A model generated the notes under the pieces. It was not told where the DNA came from. It saw nothing but the letters and a program-made list of their open reading frames with translations, and did no database searches. Made by a program: the position numbers and the translations under genes. A stretch of 59,178 nucleotides of DNA, counting the filler, from Diploschistes diacapsis (lineage: Eukaryota), in the NCBI GenBank assembly GCA_023645945.1. It is 9 parts of 9 records of this genome, joined end to end, with 100 filler letters (N's around TTAATTAATTAA, not from the genome) between each part and the next. Parts side by side here need not be neighbours in the genome. Positions count along the whole stretch, not along the records: positions 32,986 to 39,467 come from JALAIB010001386.1; positions 39,568 to 46,042 come from JALAIB010001387.1; positions 46,143 to 52,613 come from JALAIB010001388.1; 6 more parts are not named here. One strand, 5' to 3'. Below, in pieces: positions 36,392-46,669 of this stretch (within the stretch, counting starts at the first letter, position 1; the number at the start of each line of letters is the position of its first letter).

Positions 36392-37817
36392 ATGGGTCAC
36401 TATATTCGAGTAGGACTAATCAGAGAAAGTTTGGCGGCTTTCAATCGATCGTGGGCACGTATTCACGATCTTGATATAGGTCCAAGAGCACTTGGTAACG
36501 TTGAAATAATCGTCTCGGAGGCCAAACTTGAGCGTTCGGCAGCGTTATCATACTATGCTCCTCGTTGGGATGGACCTCCATTCCAAAGAACAATCCATGT
36601 GCTTCCCAACGAGCTGGCCCGACAGCACACCAGTCTACGTAACCTAGGCGCAAAGGCTACCGGGTTTGATAGAATCGTGGCTGATCCCGATCTCCTGGTT
36701 GGACAAATATATCAAAGCATCACGCTTATTGTAAGTAATCCCTTGCTGATAGATTAGTATAACCGTACTTATATCCGGAAAAGGTTAATCATACCTTCTG
36801 CAGGGCACTCTCGACTCGAGGATATTCCTGATTCATATTTCGATGGGAAAACTCAGGCCAGCGGCGTTTATATGATCCTATATAAGAAAGGAGCTCGCAC
36901 GTGGTCGTACGTTGGACAATCCGCAGATGTGCCCAAAAGACTGCAGGACCACATTTCTGCCGCAGCCAACCCTAATGCAATGCCAAACAACCCAATTACC
37001 GGAGCTCCTCGAGTTGTCCGATCGGTTTATGTTCAAGTGCCTTTTCCCAAGTAAGATCCTGATGGTGTGAAGACGAATCCCTGAACACGTATGGCCTGTC
37101 GTCGAGATCATGCGCGAGAATCATGGCATACATCCTTACTCATTTGCTCGTCTAACATCGGCACCATGTGGACACCTTTATAGCCAATATTGTAGGCGTC
37201 AGGTTTAATTGCCAGGACAAGACCTCGGGCCAGTGGTATGCAACATACCAGCAGCGTGATAGTATCAAATAGCTAGAGCCATATGAAGCTGCACGAGGTA
37301 CTTTGCTTACTGTTCCAGCTGCATACAAGGCTGCAATGTTGTTAAGGGAACATATCTTAATGAGACAGTATCCAAACCCCGCTGACCTGCCGACATGGAT
37401 AAGCTTTCTGCAAGCAATAATAGTGAGGGTAAAGTATCAGTGGCTCGAGGAGAAGATCAACGTAAAGAAGATGGTTTATGAAACCCTGCACCCACTAATT
37501 GTTCGTAGGCAGGGCGTGGATATGGTATAGATGGCGGCAGACACGCCGGAACGGGTCTTCCCTATGCTCCTCACCGTCGTACCTGTAATGAATGCTCGCC
37601 ACTTGGCCGGCCCCGTACGTTTGAGAACCCGGATACGTTGCAAGCCCACAAGGAAGACTTACGATATCTACTTCATCGACCCAAAATAAAACCCGTGTTC
37701 AAAATTGGCCATCCTAGCTTGGCTCTGGTTGACAAGTTTGCTGTTGTTACAAACAATGAACTAGATATGGAGAGCTGGGACGAGGATGAGGAGGACTTGC
37801 GGGAAGATATGGACTAG
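36392..37817 (+). pseudogene. Disrupted gene with a GIY-YIG nuclease-like motif and C-terminal Cys cluster
   Basis: SGVYMILYKKGARTWSYVGQSADVPKRLQDH at 36860-36952 is in the same frame as the upstream ORF 36392-36757, separated by one TAG. Downstream blocks in shifted frames end in RRTCNECSPLGRPRTF and an acidic tail (stop 37817). Confidence 0.6.
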
Positions 37818-38889
37818 GTTAAGATACGATTGCCAAAGTGCGCTAAATTAGCATCAGAGAGAGAATTGGTGATTGTTATTGAGTAGTAGCTGATAACGTG
37901 CTGGTTTCTTGCTTGCCTATTTTCTTCTTGAAATCTATTATCATGGCTAGGCAGCCTATAGTATAAATACTTCATATAGAACACTCGGGACTGATAAACA
38001 AGACATTGTCTAGACCGCGGCAAGGTTTTGTTGCAAAGCTTTGGGACCTTTGGAGAATTCCTATATTACTGAGACTTGGTCGAGGACTTTGCTCTGCCGA
38101 TAGATAAGGACAAGGCCAAGGTATGCTGCCGATGAAGGTTACCTGGACTGCGTGATCCAAGTGCAATGCTATACTAGGGATTTCTTACTCGATTGCCCCA
38201 ATCCGATCTATCAGAGCATTGCCCTAGAAGAAAGATCAGGGCGCTCAGAAGCACTTAATCTCAGCCAGCTCTTTCATCTTTTCGTCCTCCCTACCTTCGT
38301 TTCCTGCCTCTTCTTCTTCGACGAAGTTTGCGCCCGCTGCCACTGCCACCGAGACCGAGAGCAACCTTCTCTCATTATCAAACTGCTATATTTACCTAAG
38401 AAATTAATGAAATGACTATCAAGGCTAGATGCCAGTCGAAATTACGGTCTTGGGCATCGAGATGTCGTGCCCTCGCCTCGGTATTTATGAGAGAAAAAAG
38501 GTAATGGGGTATAGATGAGCTGAAGAGTTTCAGTGTAAAGAGCAGGTGAAGTAGAGAGAACATTGCTACTTATATACTGTCCTTACAGCCCTCCTCTTGA
38601 CACTGACATCCATATATGACGTTTGATCGCGCTGCTTGGGCATCAACCTTAGTGTGTTGGTGTATGATTGTGAATCTGCAATTATAAATCCGATCATTTT
38701 ATCATTGGTTGCTAATTTACCCGTTCAACAGCAGCTGCTGCTGTTAAACAGCCCTCTGACGACCCCTTTTTTATGTTCCGAGGGACTCAGAAACCTAACA
38801 GATGTAGATGTAGCAATCTAGCTACATTAAAAAGCAAACCTCTCCGATTATTTCAAACACACAAAACTACTTAGACTTGCAAAAAACCA

Positions 38890-38976
38890 TGCGCCAGCCG
38901 GGACTCGAACCCGGGTCTCATCCTAGATCAATTACTCGATGGGAAGGATAAATTCTAACCTCTATACCACTGGCGC
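38890..38976 (-). tRNA. tRNA-Gly (anticodon CCC) with a 15-nt intron
   Basis: Acceptor stem GCGCCAG/CTGGCGC, anticodon stem TATCC/GGATG with loop TT-CCC-A|intron TCGAGTAATTGATCT|A, T arm CCGGG-TTCGAGT-CCCGG, and an oligo-T Pol III terminator at 38881-38886. Confidence 0.93.
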
Positions 38977-39280
38977 TTAGAATATTTGTTGCTATCGCTT
39001 TATATAAAGCAATCGTGGGCGGAGGAAAAAGAGCAACTTTTAGGGAGCTCCTTGTCCATACAAAGAAAATAGAAAAACTTTAGATTTCCTACCATTACGA
39101 CTTAACAACAGAGCTATGAAAAAGGTTCAAATACTAATATAAGATTTTATGTTTCTAGGTTCAAGCACCAAGATTGGTTATTTATTCAACGCTTTCTGCA
39201 TTTCGATAGTTTAGCGACTATCTTTCGCTTTCTACTTTTTTTGCTGTGCTTCTTCAGAGCCTAAAACAACCCCAACCGCG

Positions 39281-39416
39281 ATGGACGAAACCGACAGCCA
39301 GGTTTCTCCCTCTATCTCAATCAACCACCTCTCCTTCGCCTTCCCGGACGGATCTCCGGGCTTAAAGGATGTGACCATCAGTCTCCCACCCCGCAGTCGA
39401 ACCCTTCTCGTCGGCG
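39281..39416 (+). CDS. CAF16: First exon of the CCR4-associated ABC ATPase Caf16 (3'-partial)
   Basis: SISINHLSFAFPDGSPGLKDVTISLPPRSRTLLVG followed by donor GTACTT exactly at the start of the expected Walker A motif (GANGAGKT). The contig ends inside the intron. Confidence 0.72.
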
Positions 39417-39467
39417 GTACTTCCCTTCCCCCTTTCTCTCTGTTCGGCACATTTTACATTCTTCCCC

Positions 39468-39567
39468 NNNNNNNNNNNNNNNNNNNNNNNNNNNNNNNNN
39501 NNNNNNNNNNNTTAATTAATTAANNNNNNNNNNNNNNNNNNNNNNNNNNNNNNNNNNNNNNNNNNNN
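39468..39567. other. Artificial contig spacer
   Basis: 44N-TTAATTAATTAA-44N. Confidence 0.99.
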
Positions 39568-40092
39568 GGAGGAGGAGGAGGAGGAGGAGAAGGAGGGGAA
39601 GGAGACGAGGACACGGAAAGCGAAGCGAGCGATCCGGCGGAGCTGTCCCATCGGGACGTGGGCGTGCAGACTTCCCCGGGCCTTGCTACAGAATCAGACG
39701 AGGGGGAAGGAGAAGAGGAGGCGCCCAAGGCCATGGCGGAGGGGCACGCGGAGCGCCTGAACAGCATCCGGACGCATCTCTCCGAACTCTCAGAGACTGG
39801 TCGCGATGCCCTCGAAACAGAAGAGGAGACGAGGACGGGTCTGGGTAACCTACAGGCCTACCTGGAGGAGCTGGCGTACGGAGGGGCAAAGAGTGCGATG
39901 AGCTGGGAAGGGGGTTACGGTCCCTTGGGAGAGCCCATGGGCGGCGCGCGGAGACCACAGGGGAGCAGCATGGATGAGGTTGCCAAGTTCAAGGCCGAGA
40001 TTAGGAGCGTGAAGGGGGTCCTGTTGAGTGCTAGGAATTTCCCTAGTGGAGGGCTAGGATGGGGAAGAGGAAGCATTACTATGGAATCATGA
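39568..40092 (+). CDS. Peroxin Pex14/17 (Pex33) C-terminal part, 5'-partial
   Basis: SDPAELSHRDVGVQTSP and the C-terminal FKAEIRSVKGVLLSARNFP, characteristic of the filamentous-fungal Pex14/17 docking peroxin. Confidence 0.72.
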   Translation, partial: GGGGGGGEGGEGDEDTESEASDPAELSHRDVGVQTSPGLATESDEGEGEEEAPKAMAEGHAERLNSIRTHLSELSETGRDALETEEETRTGLGNLQAYLEELAYGGAKSAMSWEGGYGPLGEPMGGARRPQGSSMDEVAKFKAEIRSVKGVLLSARNFPSGGLGWGRGSITMES

Positions 40093-41332
40093 ATATGTGT
40101 ACACATCATTGGGGAAAGGGCCCGTGAAACGATATGGGCAAGCACTCCAAAGGTCCAAATGCCAAGGATAATGCCACTGTAGTGTAAGTTACAACAATTC
40201 ATTGTGTTCTCGAAAACAAATTGACTACAAATACGGGGAAGTCAACGGGATATGACCGGCGAATGACTCCTGATCTTTGAAGCGGTTGTACGAGTAACAA
40301 GCTCGAAGGGCATGTGGTTTGTTTGGCCAAAGTTCTTCGAATCTAATAGGTTCCGTAAAGTGCTTTTGATGATAGCTAGAGGCTGTAGCTGTCTATGAGT
40401 AATGGACGCACCTGTTCCTGGCTCATCGTCAGCTATTGCTATGAGCAGAATCGATACACAGGTTACAATTCAGGTACGAAAATATGTGGCTCGGACATCC
40501 AAGGAAGTACATTGCGCTCAACGAATCCCTCGACTTATTAGGGGTTCTATGCGAGGGCCTAGCGAGGAAACTGCAAATGTGGAAAAAAAGTTTCATCATC
40601 GCCGACATGGTGAAGATGTAGACAAGAAACAAAGATGCTCACCTTTACAACGACAAGCATTGCGAAGATACAATACATGTGGTAGTCGTAAGAACTCGAG
40701 AGGTTGGTGGACAGTTAGACCGTCGGCAAGTTGATTAGTGGGGTCGAAGATCTGCCAAAATAATAAGGTTAGCCCCGGCCGGATCGGCGAAAGCATGCGC
40801 TGCTTTCTTTGGGTAGGATACAGCTTGACAGAACGAAACAATTGGATAGCTGGTCAGACACGATATACTGGCAAGTAGCAGACAGTTCTAGCTGTCCGAA
40901 AGCTTGGTTCTCTTCAGTGTCGATTCTGACTGGGAAAGAAGAACTTTGCAACTGTCATCAGTCCAGCAGCAGCAGCAGCAGCACAGAGCGGATCACGACT
41001 TGGCGAGTGTTATATAGAACAGCAGGAATTGGACAAGCTTACCTCGCGATAAGGGCAGCTCGCAGCAGCTGCTGCTTAAAGATGGCGGTCGAGAGTTGAC
41101 GGGAGGAGCTTGATGTCAAGGAACAAAGAATTGGAAAAGATGGATGCAAGTATTTATAAGGGGAGATAGGGTAAGAAAGTGGATTGAAGAGTTTTTTTGA
41201 CATGGATAATTAATTATAGGAGTTTGTGGGCAGGAAATGCCAAAATATGTAGCATCTAAGCCTGATCGGGACTTAGCTGGACGAGCTAGACCGAATAGAG
41301 TTTAGCGGGGTGTAGCTTAGTAATATCAGTCT

Positions 41333-41400
41333 CAGTGGCAGTGGCAGTGGCAGTGGCAGTACAATAGGCAGTGGCAGCTTGGGGGGGGGATGGGGGGGGT
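41333..41400. repeat. (CAGTGG)n hexamer repeat followed by two long G runs
   Basis: CAGTGG x4, a further GGCAGTGGCAG, then G9-AT-G8, immediately upstream of the CT-rich putative ptaB transcription start region. Confidence 0.8.
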
Positions 41401-41848
41401 TTCTTGCTGGCCCTCCAAGAACCAGAAGGAAAAAGCTGCTAAACTTTGCTTCCACAAACTCTGAAGCCTCTTTTCTGCTCACTGTCACTGACCACCTTTC
41501 GCATTCTTTGCTTCACTCTCTCCCCCTCACCCTCACCCTCGCGGATTTGCTTCTTCAAACATATTCTCATCTCTTTTGCCATTATTTCGCCTGTTACACT
41601 TCATCGAGGGCACTCAACGAATCTATATCTGCACTTTATGTAGTTGCATCGCTGGACGCCGATCCTACTCAGCTAGCCATTGCAGGCAGAACCCGGACCA
41701 TTCACCTATTCGCCGCTCATCGATAGATACCTCGAGTCACTGCAACATCTTCCACCTCATTCCGCGCGTGGTTGCCTCTTGACTCAGCTGCAGTACTTGT
41801 TTTCTTTCGGTCGGACACCGTTCGCCGAGTGCCCTTCGAAGCACATTT

Positions 41849-41881
41849 TGAACAATTGCTGAACAATTGCTGAACAATTGC
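41849..41881. repeat. Perfect 3 x 11-bp tandem repeat TGAACAATTGC
   Basis: Three exact copies about 340 nt upstream of the ptaB ATG. Confidence 0.95.
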
Positions 41882-42222
41882 GGCACAGGCCGGTTGCGCG
41901 CAGTGCGCCGTCCGAAATTGGCGAAACTGGCGCGCTTTGCATGTTATCAACAACAACCTCGCGATTTAGAGAAGAGGTGGGAATGGTACTGGAACGATTC
42001 ATAACGTGCCGATTCTTAGGATCGCCCTTTGAAGGGTAAAGCCATCTAAGGACTGGCTGTCCTTGCCTGCCCTCCAAATTTGTTGGGCATCCGCTCCTCA
42101 CGCCTACTACGAACCTTTGAGTGATCTATCTGCGGCACCTTTATATATCAGGCCGACTATAACCAAGCCTTTTCGCTATCATACCAGAAGAATCTCACCT
42201 CCGAGCTGGTGGACAGGTTGTG

Positions 42223-43166
42223 ATGGCTAGCATGGCGCAACCTTTTCCACACCCAGGCGCTTTAGCCGGTCACGGTGGGATGCCTCCGGGTGGACATCCT
42301 ATGGCGCCCGGCCACCCTTCGAATCAAGGCATGCCTGGTGGACAACCAGGTGTTATGCAGCAGATGCACGGAATGGGAGGTCCACAGGTTAGTCAAGGGC
42401 CAATGATGAACTTACCACAAGGTGGTCCCGGCATGGCTGGTGCGAACGCACATGCTATGTCGCATTTAACACCCAATAATATGCCCAATAACTTCATACA
42501 ACAGCGAATGCAGCAGCAGCAATTTCACCAAGCCAGTGAGTACATGCTTCCATGACCGGTTTCTTAATCCCAACACTGCCATTACCTTATACTAACCAGC
42601 TCAAAGTGGCACAAAACCCTCAATACATGCAACAGCGAGCGCAAATGCAGCATCAGCTCATAATGCAACAGCAAGCCCAAGCCCAGGCAGCCCAAGCTCA
42701 GGGTCAAGGGAATATTGGGATAAACCCAAACACTCAACAGATGCTCATTAATCAAATGAACCAAATGAACCACGTGAGAAACGTCAACCTTCCTCCTCAC
42801 CTTCAGGCACAGACAATGCAGATACAGAATCACTCAGGGCAATTTTTGCCAGGCCAGCAACCATCTGGATTGCAACAACAGCTGGCTGCCTTTCAGCAGC
42901 AGCAGCAGCAGCAGCAGCATCAGCATCAGCAGCAGGCAGCTGCACAAGCCCAACAAGCGGCGAGTCAAGTTGGCCCAACTCCAGGTCCACAGGCACAACA
43001 ACCACCCATTCGGCCTCCCTCAACAATGGGAGGGGGCCAAGATGCGCAGAACTCCGCTGCTCAGCAGCAAGCCCAGCAGCAGATACAAGCTCAGGCTCAA
43101 GTGCGAGAGGCGCAAGCGCAAGCGCAAGCGCAAGCGCACGCTCAAGTCCAGCAGCAGCAGCAACAA

Positions 43167-43205
<39 letters not shown>

Positions 43206-43270
43206 CAGCAACAGCAACAGCAGCAGCATCAGCAGCAACAACAACAACAACAGCAACAGCAACAACAACA

Positions 43271-43303
<33 letters not shown>

Positions 43304-44944
43304 GCAACAACAACAACAGCAGCAGCAGCAACAACAACAACAGCAGCAGCAGAATCAAGGACAACAGCAGGGTCCACAAGGCCATGTCTCGCAATCGCCG
43401 CAAACTCAACAGCTTCCAGCTCAAGCGCCGCCACAAAGTCAAGGTACGCCACAAACGCAGGCGGCTGTTCAGCAGCCAGCTCAACCTCAAGCACCACAAC
43501 AACCTCAACAACTTCAGGCACAGCAGCCACAGCCCCAGCAGCAGCAAGGTACACAGCAACAACAACAACATACTCAGCAGCAACAGGAGGCAGTTATGCA
43601 GACAAAGCGAATGCAACAACAGGCGCAGCTGAATCAGATGCAGCATGCTCAAGCGCACGCGGCCAAGCACCAAGCGCAAGCCATGGCACTCGCAGGGATT
43701 CAAAACCCTGCACTGAAGGGCGGCTCGCCTTTATTGAGACTGTACATGTTCGCTGAGCATCTGGTACCACCATTGGTGAGTGATTCTTCAATACAATTAA
43801 GTTGTCGTAAATCATCTAATCAGTATAGACCGGGCAGAATGGTCGTTCGCAAGGCAATGACATTGGCTATTGGAAGGCATTTGTTCGTCGATTCTTCTCC
43901 GAATCTGGAGTTCTCCGTCAGAAACTTTGGAACGCACGAGACGAGGGCTTCAAAGAGTTTGAACTTGCAACGCCCGTTATTTCACGTTTCTACTGGACGC
44001 AGTACAACAACCGAGTACAGAAGATTCAGATGTTCATGGAGAACCCTAGCGAAAGAGAACTGCCCAATGGCTATTTCATTGAGAGCACCAAAACTACTTT
44101 CATCTATTGGTACGAAGATGATCGCCAGGTGCGTTCCATCTCTTCTCAAGCCTCGTAATTAGTCATGCTAATTTGTGGGCAGGTTGTTATGTCTGGCTCA
44201 TTGCGAGCGCAATTTGCTCGCGATGGTAGAATTGACGTTCTGGAACACATTGTGTCGGAGTTCAACGAGTACATTCCCCTCAAAATGATGCAGGCCGAAT
44301 CCCCAGAGCAGAAGCCTTCGCCGACTGTTACCAAAGGGGGAAAGAAAGCGGCGGCGGCGCAGCAGCGGGCAAACAAAATCCCCATGATCCCGAAGTCAAC
44401 GGTAACCGAGTGGGGCGTCTCCGGCGCGGTCGTCAGGCTATTGGAGATTGCCGAGACTTTCTCGCACATGAGCTCACTGTTCGACTACGCACGCAGCAAC
44501 CCGAGCCTCTCCGCCCGCGAGGCTCTCGGTCAGCTCGTGCAGACATGGAGGAACAATCCGCAGAACAGTATGATGGGCGATGCCACGGGTCAGTTCAATC
44601 CAGGCATGCCGCAACCTCCAGGTCAAGCAACGCCTGGCTCCAACTTCAATGGCCAACAGCAATACGCTTCGCCAGCACCCGGAGCCCACCTGAATCTGCC
44701 TAATACAGCTTCGCCCGCCAGCATGAACATGTCGCCGGCAATGCAGGCGCATGGGCTGCAGCAAGGTAACCAGGCAGGCAGCCAGGGTGCGAGCGCCAGT
44801 ACCAGTCCCCACGTAACGAACAAACGGCGGAAACCTAGCGGCGTCAAGGCCGAGATGGACGGCGACAATGCCACGCCGGAAAGTAACGGACCGAAAGTGA
44901 AACAGAGTCCCCGGGTCGGCAAGCGGCAGAAGCCTGGAAGCTGA
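42223..44944 (+). CDS. ptaB: PtaB/Mfg1 LIM-domain-binding transcriptional regulator; introns 42536-42606, 43776-43828, 44129-44182
   Basis: M/P/G/Q-rich N-terminus (HPMAPGHP), polyQ, LIM-bind domain LRLYMFAEHL...DIGYWKAFVRRFFSESGVLRQ...KEFELATPVISRFYWT...GSLRAQF...LLEIAETFSHM, and C-terminal TSPHVTNKRRK...KVKQSPRVGKRQK. Confidence 0.88.
43149..43352 (+). repeat. Coding CAG/CAA repeat (Q26-H-Q41)
   Basis: 68 consecutive codons, all CAG or CAA except one CAT at 43227. Confidence 0.97.
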
Positions 44945-46042
44945 TATCGTCTCTGTCGCATTCTCTTTTTTTTTTTTAATGGTTATTTTTGCCTCGGATG
45001 TGGTGTGTCAAATTTCTGCATGGTCTCCCTTGTTTATCAGCGCGGCGTTTACGTGGAGGCATTAGCGCATCGATTCTATCTATACGGGATGTTCCTTCTA
45101 CAAGCACACAAGGGTTTGGATACCATGTTCTGCAGGATAGTAGTCAAGCGCTCTGTGCTGTTCATCGACTTAGGTTGTCGGCAGCTGTCATTACGACACA
45201 CTGCATCGCGACATCGGCGTTCTGGATGCCTTGGGTAGGGCGTTTGAAGGGTTGAGGTCATGGTCGGGTTTCGGTGTCAATAATACTGGGGGACGAAAAA
45301 AAGTAGGAGGGCAAGGCGGAGGAGATGTAAAGCGAGGGAGATACCCATTGCGATCCTTTCCGTTCATAGTCTCGAGGTGAAGAGTACATGGACAGTCTCA
45401 AGCCCGTTGTTTGGGACGGATGGGCTCCGAGTCTCTGACTTGGCCGGGCGGTTGTTCTGTATATTAATCACTACGCAGTTTCTCGATGCATGCATGCAAA
45501 TTTTTGCGAGAGGTGAAGATTAAGAATTTTTTCTTCGTCGACGACGACGACGACCACGACCGTGAAGTCTTGCCTCGTTAAAATCAGTTCATATGGTTGT
45601 TCTCCTCAAAAGCTCCCTACCTCGATATTCTAAGTGCTACCCACTGGAAGTTTGCTCTCACACCCACGTGGAAACAAAAGGGATTCGTCGGTTCTTGTAT
45701 GCATATGTATGTTATCCATATATATACATACCTGTGCACAACTTCTGTACTACAGCAAATGTCTTGGATGTGCGCAATTCGACTGGTCGTGCTCCATCTC
45801 GGGCAGATCATTCCACAAGATTAATCTTCTTTCACGCTTGTGGAGTTGTGTGTGGAGATCAGATCTGTAATCTGTAAACGGTGGAGTGCTGTTTGGCGTG
45901 GTAAAGTAGCCCATGGTCCCCGTACTGGAGGCTTTTACTAGTGACAGCTGAGTGTTGAAAGTGGAAGGGGGATCACTAAATAGGCAATAAGACTAGTAAA
46001 ATAAATACTAAATAACTTGCATACAATAATAAAGTATTATTA

Positions 46043-46142
46043 NNNNNNNNNNNNNNNNNNNNNNNNNNNNNNNNNNNNNNNNNNNNTTAATTAATTAANN
46101 NNNNNNNNNNNNNNNNNNNNNNNNNNNNNNNNNNNNNNNNNN
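46043..46142. other. Artificial contig spacer
   Basis: 44N-TTAATTAATTAA-44N. Confidence 0.99.
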
Positions 46143-46669
46143 CGACGACGACGACGACGAAGATGATGAGTGGGGGGGGAAGAAGGGAGGGGAATTGGTT
46201 TGGTTGGCTTGGCTTGGCCTGGCTTGTACATAAAGTGTGGCATATTGTGGAGACGTACTTTGCTTTCAGCGATATGGTGGTTACAGCGGCCTCCCTTTGT
46301 GTCTCGCATGCATGCGCAATTTTCATTTCCACCGACTCGAGTACGTACTTGGCTGGTGCTGGGACCGCTTACTAGTTAATACAACGCAGACAAGGCAAAC
46401 GCAACTGTTCCATCGCAGAAACTCTCGCGCGGCTCCGTACCTAGGCAGAGTTGAGTTACAGGAGAGTGAAGCTGCCTAGACCGGGAAACGCAAGGGAGAG
46501 TCAAGTACTGTAAACCACGATCGCCTAGACCCGCAGCACAAGCGAGAGCGGATCCCAAAGCGGTAATCTACCGCGGAAGAACCCTCCCACCCACCAGCTC
46601 ACCGCTCGTCCCCCAGGTGTTGCTGCTGGTGCTGGAAAAAGGTATTCCATGGATAGTCGACAGATAAGC

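Noticed and set aside
36860..36952. GIY-YIG motif as a mitochondrial homing-endonuclease insertion (NUMT)
   Set aside because: Base composition is nuclear-like, Trp is encoded by TGG, and no group I intron or mitochondrial gene flanks are visible.
41849..41881. Tandem repeats as a CRISPR-like array
   Set aside because: No spacers, 11-bp units and a eukaryotic context.
42784..43703. Poly-Ala/Val, poly-Leu and poly-Ser/Asn ORFs
   Set aside because: Alternative frames of the CAG/CAA repeat in ptaB.
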